In this document: piece by piece, positions 51,313 to 64,000 of the stretch
How positions within the stretch are numbered: position 1 is the first letter of the stretch
Layout of the letters: each line of letters opens with the position of its first letter
Assembly: GCA_051362555.1 (NCBI GenBank)
Contig: CM120643.1
Location: 1,984,001 to 2,048,000, forward strand
From: Lingula anatina
Taxonomy: Eukaryota > Animalia > Brachiopoda
Direction of reading: 5' to 3'
DNA length: 64,000 nucleotides
The notes under the pieces: model-generated
Seen by the model: the letters and a program-made list of their open reading frames with translations, nothing else
Told to the model about the DNA's origin: nothing
Database searches by the model: none
Made by a program: the position numbers and the translations under genes

Positions 51313-52638
51313 ATGGATCGACAGCTTATTCCCCTGGCTGTGGCCATACTTCTGGTCTCCTTTGGGCCTGGTACGATGGTAGATGGCGTTCTCACTCCCA
51401 AAGAGATTGATTACAAGCTAGCACCATACGCAGGCAACACCTCACATGTACCGGTACCTGGCCAGTACAGCCCTTACAGTAAGTAGACATGACCAGCTTA
51501 CTATTAGGTTGATTGAGTGTGAGCGTGATGGTTGACAAGAAAACCCACGTACATTTCAGTTGCTACATCAATTTTTGCCACCGTTACGACGAGGTATTGT
51601 GTGACCATAGTGACTGTATGATATTCGCTATGGTATGTAATTGAATCACTTTATCTTAGGTTATATTGGTCATAAGGGTGTATATCCCGTAGTTATCGGT
51701 CTGATACATTCAAAGTATCAAATGTGAGTGCAAATAGTTTTAATAGTTCATTTCATACCATAGGTCAAATGCTTCAAGGAGTTCGTGTTTACAGAATGTA
51801 ATAGAAGGCAAAGAAGTGACTAGATTTGTTGGCACACTTTACTTTTACATGTTGTTTTGTCCAAAGGTTGAAATTCTCTGTTCTTTTAGTTAGGAATAGC
51901 ACCTGTTGGGGACGAGGCGATGTACGTTACCGTACATTTGACGGTCTGAAGTTCCTCTATAACACCCCTACTGATAGACTTGGCATTATGGTAATGCCCT
52001 GGGTGGATCTTCCATGGTGGGTGGTTACGACCCAGGAATTCTTTAATGGGGGACCGAAAACGCGCATCGATGAAGTCTACGTTAAGTGTTCAGGCCAATA
52101 CTTTAGGGCTGTATTAGGTCCTACTGTGGCATTGTGGGTGAGTCTTCTTCCCAATAGTTTTCAATCCAGTGAATGCATTTTGCAATAAGCTGTCGATTTT
52201 GTGCACCGTATCCCTTTTTGTTCCTCTCTGTCTATGACCATAGTATTTTGTTTACTATGCGCATTCATAGTGTTCTCAGTACTTAAAGATGCATTCCATT
52301 GTGCTATACTAACATGTTTGTTTGCATTTTGTTTCCAGTATTGGTTCATGGGATGGTGGTTTCCAATTCCACTACCACCAGTCATCCTTGCCGGCGGAGC
52401 TGTTACCGTGGATTTTTTTGCGCCCAGAGGTTATGTTATACATTGCCATGCCGTTCCAATGACTGTTTATGTCGCTCTGCACTCTGTCTGGATAACCATG
52501 ACCCCCTTACACTCCGCCGCTGATTTAGGAGTACGTGGTATTTGCGGGGACTACAATGGATTTCCACAAAACGACTTTTCGGACCTAGGGCCGCTCGTCC
52601 TTCCGCCATGGAAACCTCTCTTGATTCCTCCCTTGTAA
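51313..52638 (+). CDS. Divergent secreted single-VWD-domain protein, gene 4; join(51313..51478,51890..52137,52339..52638), 237 aa
   Basis: Signal peptide MDRQLIPLAVAILLVSFG. Introns A|gtaagt...ttttag|TT (phase 1) and TGG|gtgagt...ttccag|TAT (phase 0) give a 714 nt open frame. Motifs CWGRGDVRYRTFDG, TQEFFNGGPKTR and VRGICGDYNGFPQND. Confidence 0.87.
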
Positions 52639-52680
52639 ACACAGACAACTAACTGGACTGAATTCCAAACGGATGCGGAC

Positions 52681-52975
52681 AATGAGTTCTGAAATGGGGA
52701 ACGCAAACTGCATTTTCACTTCTCTTACTTTATTTAAATGTATTCATTATTGGGCTATATGGTAAATATTTCACTACTACATTTATTGTCTTTCCATTTA
52801 GGTAATTTTTCGGATAACTGTATTCCATAATTCCATAATAATAGAATGAGGACTGAAAAATGGGGAACGCATACTGCAGTCTCACTAATCTTTCTTAATT
52901 TCAAGTATTGATTATTGTATATATAGGGTTTGGATTTTAGTTTACTGGGCTTTCCATTTAGAATCTTTTTCAGGT
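52681..52975 (+). repeat. Diverged ~165 bp tandem duplication downstream of the gene 4 stop
   Basis: AATGAG..CTGAAA..TGGGGAACGCA.ACTGCA...CTTTCCATTTAG occurs twice. Confidence 0.75.
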
Positions 52976-55319
52976 CACTTTGTCGCTGACGTATTCTGTA
53001 TTTATTTAATTTTAGCAGTACTCAGTAGAGATGCTGCTTAAGGTCAGATTTTTTGTGAAGACATGCGGTTGTGTATTAATTTTTCGTGTATTATTTTTGA
53101 TGGTATATTTGATGTAACGTAGACGTCAATGTCACCTTACCGGGTACATAGTCAAGATTGAAATTTACCCAACTAACAAATCCGACATATTTGTGTTTTG
53201 ATAGCAGAATACCAGAAATGAGTGAAATGACAAAAATATTAATGTATGGGTGTTTTTATCATTTCCATCATCGTGCTTTGCTTAATTCTAAATTTAGATA
53301 TTTCTGTTAACTATTTTTTCGCTTCTATTAGTGTGGTTGTTCAGTTTTCTATGTCGATGGGTTCTTTTTACTTTTCATGATGCCTTTTTTGATTGTGACA
53401 AAATGGCTATTAAATTTAATTAGTTAAGACATTATAGTTAAGCAGAATTCAATTCAGTTTTGATTGTGTATTTTTAATCAGGACTTAATTAATTTTCAAT
53501 TAAGATATATTTGAGAGGGATTGAAAGTCAAACAAACGTCCAATTTGACCATTTGCCATGCATGGAATATTTGTTGTTGCGTAAAAAGTAAATGTTAGAC
53601 GCAATAATTGTAGAATTCAACATTTTACGACTAACTGACGTGAGCAAAATATGCACAACAAACGGTGTATAATTATGAGATTTATACCAATTATGTCTTT
53701 AGGCTTTGCTTCGGAATAAAGGGTGAAAAAGATAACTGTAGATTTATTTTCCTTATGTGATAATATATGAATGGTTAAGAAGTCATATAGTAGTGTTAGA
53801 ATGATAGAAATGCTAACTGTCCTTTACATCATGAAGCAAATCGTCCTTCAGATCATCAGAGGCAGAGACACCACCAGTGCTCTGATTACCAAATTGACCA
53901 CAAGCCACAGCGTCAGAAATAGTATTTTAAAACATCTAATAAAAAGCGAGATACACGTGATTCAAAGGGTCCCCATAGGGTTAAAATGTTGCCACTCGTG
54001 GATATCCCAGGGTAATGTCGGCACAATGGGAGGGTCCAAAGGTTCAAAATGATGTCGCTTGGGGATTCACAGAGGTCCATCTCCTTAATAACCGTTTTAC
54101 TGGTGCATGTAGAGAGATCCGAGGGAAAAGCAGTGCCTGTTGTTAATTGCGCGGTCCAGGCACCAGCACATAAATACCCCAAATGCCTGAATTAATAACA
54201 GGGTTTCTTGTGATCTATTTTACTTCAAAAATAAAAAATAGCAAAGGAAACGCTGTATTCCTTAGGGATTATTGCGTAATTTTTTAAATAAAGATTTAAT
54301 TTATTTAATCATCTTAATGTTTGTTGGTAACTTTGAGAGATGTAAAAAGGAAATAGTTTTGTTTTAGTTACTGCATTCCGTTTCTTCTGAAGATTTTAAT
54401 TACTGTTTAGAAACTGAGGTATAATATGTTTATTTTGGTTATTATAAGCAAGCTATTAAGTACCCTATAATTTGTGTTTGGAATTCCAAGAATTTTGTCA
54501 GTATATGTTAGTTGTAGTCTATTTCCTGTCTTTGAATAAATCTATTCACGGATTTTTCCACAGGGGGCAATTTTTGGACATGTAACTAACAGATGATGAA
54601 AGGTTTCACAGTGTCCGTTACAAAAAAGGCACAGTCAGCTACATCTTCAACGCCTATAATTCGTAGATAGTGTTTTGGTGCTAAAATTCTCTTTAAAATT
54701 TGAAATAAAAACCAGGCCAGTTTAGTATCTAAAGAGCATTGGAAAGGAATACTATTCAGGACTTTCGGAATATATATATACGGTGCATTACCGTCTTTTT
54801 AGATATTCAATATTTAATTATGTGAATGACCAGGAAAGCTTCTATTTTGAACATGAATCCCACACTGCCTGAGTACTGTAAAACCGGTTTCTTGTGATCC
54901 ATCTGACTTCAAGTATTAAAAAGAAAAGAAAAGAAAACTTAGCAAACGCTGCATTTCTCATTTCGCTGCATTTATTTAGGAATTTTTATAGAAATCCCAT
55001 TTCATTTATCATTGAAGTACATGTAATTTCAAGGCAATTTTGAGATATGTAATAAGTCAAATATTTTCTTAAAATGAATCAGCGATAAAACCATATTTTG
55101 TAAAACTGCTCGGCAAATGGAATTAATAGAGCCATAGTTTTAGAAATCCTCACAGAAAGAAAACCTTTCTTGCTCCTAATAGTAAATGCATTATAAGCAT
55201 ATGTTTCCAAACATATGTACTAGAACAAAGGACTTTAAAACAACTCTTTCTACCGGAAGCGGAATAGATTGGGGGAGGATAAAAATCAGTACAAGGGTAG
55301 CAGGCACATCGAAGACATT

Positions 55320-56200
55320 TTGCCTTTTTGTTTTTATTTCCGACCAGTCCTTTATTTGCGTAAGCTGTTCCATGATGCTATCTGAGCTATTCAAAGAAGA
55401 CCGTTGCGGGTTAATTATTTGCCCATCCCTCATTTACTCTATTATGAGTTGCAAAATCTACTTTCAACGAGCGTATGTTGCCATTTCTGTTTTAGTCATT
55501 GCATTGGTTTTTCTGAATGTTTTAATTACTGTCTAGAATCTTAGGTGAAATATGATGGAAATAGCAAAGACATGTAAAGTGATTGTGTCAGAAAGCTTTC
55601 ATTTGCGGTAAACATTGCATATAAGACCCTCAGAGGCTAAATAATTAAGTGTTTTTTTCTTATTTTCTATCACATTCGAGATAAATTGTACCTTACGTGT
55701 CAAATGGAACGCTTAATTTATGGAAAATCAACATTTAATTTCCATTTAAATCACTTTTCTGAAACCATTCAAGTTATTTAAAGCAAAATAATAATTTAGA
55801 ACATGACGAGCCTATAAATACTCCAGAAATATTGTTTTTCAAAATGACCATTAAATTTCCTCTGACATTCTTTCAACATCTTTCCTCACTTCCATTATTG
55901 TAGTTTCAAATACAATTAGAATTAACATAAATTACATGTTACCCTATAAACCTATTTGTGGCTAGGGGTAAATTTACCTGTAGTGGAGAGAGAGCTCTTG
56001 TATTTAAACTTTGCTGATGAGTTGAACTGAAAACTGGTTCATCATAATTTTTCACGTCTGATTACAGTATTACTTCTCTATTTTTAGAGATATGTAAGTT
56101 GACTCTTCATTTTACGTTTTTCCGGAAATGCTGAGCTGGAAAATGTAAAAGCTCCTAAAAATTCATCAAGCTGAAGGGATTGGGTTCTGAGACAATGTTT
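55320..56200 (-). repeat. Inverted copy of the gene-upstream intergenic module
   Basis: The reverse complement matches 1-270, 15340-16710 and 47500-48370 (for example CGCAAC..CTTCTTT..ATAGCTCAGA..CA.CATG.AACAGCTTA). Confidence 0.75.
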
Positions 56201-57849
56201 GTAGTATTAATACATGAAAGGTCCATATAGGATGAGTGGTGATAAGAGGGTAAAAGTGCCCACCTTTGTACATGAAAAATAAATTTTGAATGAATGAAAA
56301 AAAATGCTACCAAATTAAAATTAAGATCTTACACTTTAATGATCCACTGTAAAAATAATTTTGAAATATCAAAAAATGATGTCAAAATGACCATGTCAAA
56401 TACTCAAGAACATGTGTGCTTTAGGGGAGTTATGAAATGCATTGTTACATTTCTATAGCTGTAGTAAGGTGACAACTGTGAAATTTTGTAATGGGATACA
56501 GAAGGTGCCAGTTTTAAAAAGAAAGACAATAAGTGGCAAATCAGTGCTTGTGATCAAGATTTTGATTGCTTTATTCTTACATGTAGTGCTGATAGAAAAA
56601 AAGAATCTCACAATGACTTGAGGATTAAAGATTTTTTTATTTTATATATTATCCCCTGCCTAAGACAAGCTAATTATTCATGGTCGAAAAGACATGAATA
56701 TAAGGTGAGATATATTTGAAAATCAGCTTGTCTTAGGGTTGGGCTTGATATCTACTCAAAACTTACATGTATGCAGCCAGCCAATATTTTCCCTGCCATG
56801 AGGTAGAAAAACAAATCGTATCTTTTGTACACAAAGAACAACTCCGAAAACTAAGGTGTTTGAAAGGGAAGCAGGGGTTAGAATTAGTAAAATTTTTTCG
56901 GTTGCAAGCAGAAAAAGAAAATTCATTTTCATATAATACATGCTAAAGAGGAAAATATGGATGAGAAATGGAGTCTAAATACATTTAGTCTATCCTCATT
57001 TATTAGAATTAAGAAAGATGAAATGTAAATTGTTCTTCAGATATTTAAAGTTATATTAAGTGCCATTTCACGAGAGAATCAACCAAATCAGCTAAAGTAT
57101 AGCAAGGTGGGGGTCGGCAGATTCAACCAATATTTTCTGTGTTTGAAAACTGTTACAAAAGATGTTGAAAGCATACAGGGGTACTTTAAAAATTCTGAAT
57201 TTTTTTGAAAAAAATAGATATTGCCATTTGAAATTTGGGGGACCTGACTACAAAAAATATCGTAACAAAAGTAGTGGAAGTTTGCTTGTAAATTAAATGA
57301 AGGGTTTGACATTAACTATTCTTTTTTTCTAAGGGTCCATACCAAGAACTTTCTGATGGTGTGCGACTTAAATGTCAACCAAGTTGCTAAAGTAATGAAC
57401 TTGGCCCGTAAAAAGAGGGACCAAAATCAATGTCCAAATGTAGCACTCACCAATTGGCAAATTTTGCCTAACACGGCGTCCAATTTGAATAAAAGAACAC
57501 AATTTTTGGAAAGTTAAGGACTTGAGCTTTGTAATTACACAATAAAAATACTGCATCTTGTCAGGATACGTAGGGGTGGACGTCTACAATGAAGGGTGTG
57601 AGCGGTGAGTTATGCGGTGGTTCATTTCTATGGTGCTGTTAAAATACGCCTGATTTTTATCAATGGTACTTTTTTGTTTATATTAATACAATTGACAATA
57701 TTCTAAATAGTTTTCCGAATGATTAGCGTCGTTGTAATTGGTTTCGATCAAGACAAAGAAAATAGTTCGATTCTTTCTTGTATAACTCTGCGTGCTTCCT
57801 CACAATCTACGTAGACATCGGGGTGAGAAGTAAATATTTTTGATGCAGA

Positions 57850-60800
57850 AAAGATAGCATGCGGTTTTAAACCTACCAACAAATATCAGACGAGTTGTAT
57901 TTTGCTTGGGGAGTGCACCAGGCATGTTGAGAATCATTTACGAAATCTGAATGTGCTTTTCGTCCAGGGATGATAGGGAGCCCATTCTTCAGACGCTCTG
58001 AGAGTGAGCTACTTAGCTTAATGGTATGTTCAGCTCACAGATTCCCACGGGGGACTCAATTCAGAGAGTGCCAGCACTCACTACACACAAGGAAAGGAAA
58101 ATGCTTTGCTAACCAAGTAAGTATGCTAGTAATGGGTATGAGGTAAATGAGATTCTGTGTCATGCCTTTGCCTTAGATTCGTCATTCTTTATATGGCTTT
58201 TTAGTTTTAGAAAATATTTAAAAAAAACTTCATTCGGCTTATTGTATGATTATATGACTTTCTTTTTGAAAATTATTATGTTGTTTCGTATTCTAATCAA
58301 TGTTTGTTACAATAACATTGATGCTTGTTGTAAGAATTAACTTTTAATGTGGATTTTATCATTGCTAGATAGGACCTTGCTAATGAAAACCCTTTCACCT
58401 GGGTAAATTTCATAGTTTCCAGAAAATTATTAGCAGGGATATATTTGTAAAATAATATTTTCATTAATTTGTTTTTAAGATTCACTGCGTGGAGAAAGCC
58501 ACTTATATTTCTGCCAGATAAATCTGTATGCCAGCTGAAAACAAAAGTGGAAGGCATCACTGAGAGAAAAAAAAAAAGCTTCAACTGATTCTCTCAGAGG
58601 CCTCCAGGGTGCTGTATTCCCTTAGAGACTCAATGTTAACCAAAACAGACTCACTCAAGTCCGTTTAAGGAATCCAACCTAACGATTTCATTGTTTCAAG
58701 CTAGACTCAAGTTTTGAGTCCATTTAAATACTCACTTTGGCGGTTTTTTTAGTCACGTGATTGGTGATGACAGATCCGTCAGGTACCACGAGGAAGCCTT
58801 CACACACGTTTGTTGTTTTGGTAAGTAAAACTTTTAAGTATTTAACGGTTTTAGACTTAGTTTTTTTTTAATTTCCTAAAGTTTTATGTCATTGAGTGCT
58901 TTAGACCATATTGAGACGATCAGTTATAGACCCATAGCCCTTTTTGGGCCTGTTGCTGTGAGTATTGAATACTGTGACTTTTTCCGTGGCAGTAATCAAA
59001 ATCTTGGCCAGGGAATATTATTCTCACACATAGGATTTGTTCTGATTAGCTTTAATAAAAAAATCAAAAAACCCTGTAAGCTTTTAAAAAATAAATCATG
59101 TAGTATTTATCATTTTTGTATCCACTGCTGTGCAGATATGGCAGTAGAAAATCAGGTCATTGTGTTTCTGAAATTGGACCACAGAGGTCAGGCTAAACTT
59201 CCGCTTTTGCTGTCGTGTTTATCTGTCATTATGTTACAGTCTTGTTTTAAAAGATCAGTTCATGTAAAAAAGGCTTTCGGTGTTTGATCTGGCTAGCAAG
59301 TTAGATATTAAATAACAAACTAGTTAGGAAAAATTACCTTTAATCTTAACATGTTATACCATATCAATATGTTGAATTTATCTTTAATTAAAATGTTTAC
59401 TTATTTTCAGTTATTCAATGAATTCACAAGGCTATCGGAGAAGGATATTAAGTCAGCAATGGCAAAAAACTTGGATTTTTATGGACAAGGTCTTGTCAAT
59501 TTGCCACAGCCCAAAATGAAAAGGAGCTTCCATGAGGGGACTCTCTAGTGAACTGCAAGAGGCTAAAGAAGCTATATGGCGTCTGCACGCTCTGATGTTG
59601 ACAGAAAGTGTATGTACTATTTAATTTTCAATATTTTTTACAGTTCCTTTTGAAATGCTTCCCTCTAAAAAGACATTGAATTCAATTTCATTGTTTGCAT
59701 CATTCTGTATTGTCTCAAAATAAAGGCAAAATAACCTTATAAAAATGTCAGGAGATTCCACAAGCCAGGCTTAGGCTGCTTTCTTCTTCAGTGTGATATG
59801 GTTGCGCAGATTGTGGGTCTAATGATGACGTCAAAAAAAATTTGGCAACTTATGCCTGCCCTCATTTGGGTTCACAAAACCAGGGGGTTTTAAATCCATA
59901 TAATTTCCTTTTGGGATAATTGAGATGAAAACCTTGAAATTGAACGCTTTAGTATCCCAATAAAATTATCCTTGATTGCATTGAACACAATCCTCTACTC
60001 ATAAAATAATGTAACTGCTATGAGTTATTTTCATTTGCACATTACCTATATATGCAATTACATATTTATTTATAGATCCTGCACTTAATCATGAAACAAT
60101 TCTTTCTTGCAACAGTGTAAACCTAGTCAATAAAAGTGAGATTTACAAGAGGTTGATGTTACTCGTTACTTGGCACTTTTTTTTTAATAAATTAAGCTCG
60201 TTTTTTGTGACCCTACATGTATGCACAATTTCATCTTGTTAATTCTTTTGGATTTGATGTTTATTGCATCCTTTGACAACAGAAAATTTGGTAGAACACA
60301 TCCAAAGCTAATGTTAGACATTGAAGACTACAGTTAATACATAGTTCACTGCAAATGTAAAGTATATTCATCATTTGCTGCATCTCATTAGTAGATGATA
60401 ATGAGTATATATTTTTTCTTTACATGTAGATGCTACCTGGTGTGCTGGCATTTTGTGTTTGCCGCTTCATTTGAAGGAAGAATGTGGATGCCGGCTTCGA
60501 AAATTCAGTTGTCTGGGAGATTCAGTTCAGCCTATAATTACTTCCAGTACTCAGGAGACTTTATGTCAAGAGACAAAATTTTACATCTATCTGAAAATGT
60601 GAAAACTGCAACAGTTGATCCATTTGTTGATGCTCCTGGTGGCCACTTATTTGCCTTTAACATGGCATATTCGACCAACCTTTATGGCACCTGACTTTCA
60701 TTCATTAAGTCCTGATTGGGCATACAAATAAGGTTAAGGTTTTGCCCAAGCTGACTACCTTATTGACAAGAATACATTCATAAACACTATGGAACCATTA

Positions 60801-62450
60801 TTCATTGACAAGTATTCAAACTATTACAGGTTAGCCAATTTACCAGCTCTTTTAAATTCCTTACACTTAATTTTAGCCAATTTGCCGGCTCTTTTAAATT
60901 CCTTACACTTAATTTATTGAGGACCAAAATTTTTACTGGCATATCTGGTTATAAGGCTTTAATTTTTTAGGAAAAGTTTCTTGAAAAAAAAAATAGATCT
61001 GCCACTGAAGTTCTGAGACACCACTTTGTTCCTCAAAAAATTGGTGTTCGAGTTTTCAAAAAAATGAGGAATTTAGTTCATGTGACCATGACAAAGACAT
61101 TGAGTTTTAAGTGGATGGAAAAGTTTGTCTTGACTTCTAGTTTTATAAAGTATAAACTTAAATATGTTGACACTTTTAAGTTAAAACGATATTTTCAAAT
61201 AGACTGGTTATAATAAGCCATTCACATTAACTTAAGATGAATACCAGGGTCAGAGTCTTCAAAAGCTTTGATTCCTTTTTTTGTGAATAATGTTTGTATT
61301 GTAAGCAGCAAGATGCTGTATCTATGAATAATCATTTCTTTCATATTATATTTTATATTATCTTTTGTAAGCTGTAAAAAATTACTACACATACTTTTGA
61401 TTTGAGCATGTTTTTTGGTTGTGTTATGGAAATATTTTAAGAAAGCATTTATTTTGTTAACATGTTTCGGTGGCTTAGTGGCTAGATTAGTTAAGAAATT
61501 CAACTAAAGGTCATCCCAGATTTAGGGACAACTGGTCGAGTTAAGTTTTCCAAGAAGAGTTCTATGTTCATGACCATTTGTTAATGAAATACATTCATGT
61601 TTATCATTTAGAATTTGTTTGTATCTTGATCTAGGTATTGGATTCCATGGCTATTGCATGCTTTTCTAAAAGAGGATTTGTTAACTTGCTGTTTTTAACT
61701 GCAAATAGAAATATTAATTTAAAAACATTTAGTTTATTTTTTGCATCACAAAATTTCAAACTATCACTGTTTTGCTTAAAGTGTTGTATCACTTTGCAAA
61801 AGGCTGAAAACATAATTTCAATGAAAAATTCCCCTTTAAAATAGGACCAGATGAGTCTTTAAATGTCTTCACTAGACTAAAATGATTCCCCAAGAAGCCT
61901 CATCTGGAGGCTCCGAAAGGACTAAAATTCATAGCTAGAGCCCCTTTAACGAATCTTTCGAGTCCTTTAAAAGACTCAATCGTCTTGAATCCCTTGATTC
62001 CAGTTGAGTCTCTAAGGGACTCTAGCTAGCTGGAGTCCCTTTAACATTAAAGGACTCGGAGAAATCCCCAAAGGGACTTGATTTAGGACCCACTGCTGGA
62101 GTCCCTAAAAGACTCAGTATGAGTCCTTTTTTGCTGTCAGTGATTGGAGAAATAATAGTTTAGATGAAGTTGGGTGCTACCACTGTGCTCGTATACTTTG
62201 CCCATGCTGATACCAGCTTTATCTGAACAGAGAGGCTTCTTTGTTCGGCACAAGCAGGCAAGGACAAATGTGAACAAAAATCGCTCCCCTTGAAAGTCTC
62301 ATAACAGACTCTCATCTCTCATAAGACCTTATGTTGATGAAGGGCATGACGTTATTTCAGCCAGTGACATGCACGCAGCTTTGTCTTCATCTGGAGATAT
62401 CAGAGACTGCCATACATCTGTTGTAGAAAATTGGGAAAGGTGCACAGTCA
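57850..62450 (+). pseudogene. Decayed DDE transposase relic (Sola3-like), interrupted by the EnSpm element
   Basis: The 5' part reads C..H..NHL / VC.AHR / CQHSLH|gtaagt. Across the insertion it reads LKTKVEGI.EI...DEVGCYH, SAQAGKDKCEQKIA.LKSH and RPYVDEGHDVISASDM. These resemble SDNAGCYH / QxGKxxCDR transposase motifs. The family assignment is from memory. Confidence 0.55.
58558..62142 (+). mobile_element. 3.6 kb EnSpm/CACTA-type element, non-autonomous, 2-bp AT TSD
   Basis: AT|CACTGAGAG...CTGTCAGTG|AT with dense GAGTC/GACTC subterminal repeats at both ends. It contains decayed exons LFNEFTRLSEKDI...LDFYGQGL (from 59411) and LCLPLHLKE...LFAFNMAYSTNLYGT (about 60430-60730). Confidence 0.8.
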
Positions 62451-64000
62451 ATTTGAGTTTTCACTGTATAGTTGACAGGTTCTGTGTCAGGTGCCTTAAG
62501 CCACGATAGTGTTCCAGTTGGTTAGGGACTGAAGCAGGTTGGAGGATAAAGAGATTCTCTAGTCAAGTCATTTCTTCTCAGTGAATTTGAGAAAGGAAGA
62601 AATATCAGAAAAGAAGGAATATCCAACTGATGTCTTTCAATAAATGATGAATAAAAAACAAACAAGAAACTGTTCAACGAGGATGCGTAGCTGAGTTTTC
62701 GGCAAATTATTGGTTATTTTTCATGTTTAAATATTATAATGAAAAAGCAAAGAAAAATGCCTTCTAGAGGCAAACATTAATGAAAAGACAAATAATCATA
62801 ACAGGCTTTTTTGTGTTATTTATTTCTGTAGCCATATAAATTGTAGATATTTAGCACACTGTCCTGCTAAGAGCAGATTATAAATAAGTCACTTTTTTCA
62901 TTCAGTTTTTTTTTAAATTTGTAATAATGTATATAATGTAAATATTAGATGTGTAGAATGCGCCCCTGTATAAGTATATATATTAATAGTTTTCAGTCGA
63001 GTGAACGGCATTTAAATTTCTCATAATTGGTCATGATGCTTTTTTATTTTATTTTTTAAATCATAATAAATTTATATATTTTTATTTTAAAGCAATTTGT
63101 TTTTCTTTGAACAAAAGACGGAAATAAATAAAAACAAAGATCATTTAATTTGCATCTGAAATGAGTGTTTCAATAAAAAATAACTTGGAGAGTACATAAT
63201 ATGAACTGGGTTTCATCTTTTGGGGGCAGGAAATCTGGGTCCCTTGCTTCTACATCCGAAACAAACTTTTTTCTGTAACCCAAACATATTGGAAAGTTGA
63301 AATCTAATCCACTTAATAAGTGATTTGACCGCAGTTCAAATCTACACCATATTTGAAAGTTTGAAATGGATGCAGTACGGTGCATTGTACAAATTCTTAG
63401 TGGAGGTGCTGCTATTACACAACCAAGGTACAATTATGCAACAGCCATAGGGCTCATTCCCAATGAAACTTTTGTTCTAGGTAGATCGACCCAAGTCCGG
63501 GATACTCTGGCTGAATGCTATCAGATAAACACCCACCTGCAGTACTTGCATTGAGGAGAATACAGAAAATATTGTGATTGTAAGAATGCACAGGAAACAA
63601 GAAAAGACGTGTTTATCTGTTAACCTAATTACATTCAGCAAGAGTACCCGTGGGGTTGGATTGACAAAAGTAGAATAAAAGCTTCATTGATAATGTACCC
63701 ATAGCACTGGCTAACCCATCTTCTTTTTACATTTTGAGATGTATCCAATTTTTCACACATTTTTTTTTGTGTGGTGCCAGCTTAAAGATATAAGTCCAGG
63801 TTTAAAAGCCTTTAAATTACTTATATAGACCCATTTTAAAATTTGTGACTATCTTTTAAATACATTTGTCATATTTATTTGTAACACTCCTTATTATAGT
63901 AACAGATTTTAAAACTGGACAAAGTGTCTTCCACCTGCACAGGCAGTGAGGAATGACAAAAAGTAGATCACAAATCTCTATTTTCTAGGGCATATATCTC

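Noticed and set aside
61850-62142. Spaced GAGTC/GACTC repeats as a CRISPR-like array
   Set aside because: They are short, irregular, in both orientations and at transposon ends, so they are CACTA subterminal repeats in eukaryotic DNA.

Overview
AT-rich, intron-containing DNA from an animal genome. The transposon content suggests an invertebrate (inference). There are no prokaryotic features. The window holds a tandem cluster of four + strand, three-coding-exon genes for small secreted proteins: signal peptide, short acidic/Pro-rich linker, then a single stand-alone von Willebrand factor type D (VWD) domain. All four share intron phases 1 and 0 and read GDVR at the position of the common GDPH motif. 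A fifth copy survives only as its last 23 codons and 3' region. Genes 2 and 3 lie in a recent 14-20 kb duplication. By hand count their VWD exons differ mostly at amino-acid-changing sites, while exon 1 differs mostly at silent sites. Intron 1 of genes 2 and 3 carries an antisense copy of the gene's own stop codon and 3'UTR splice donor. Mobile DNA includes a 3.7 kb long-TIR element (TAG ends, TTT TSD, Academ-like) carrying a dead Tc1 transposase, a 3.6 kb EnSpm/CACTA element nested in a Sola-like transposase relic, LINE fragments, several MITEs, HINE-like elements and a tRNA-derived SINE head. All calls were made by eye and no database searches were run.
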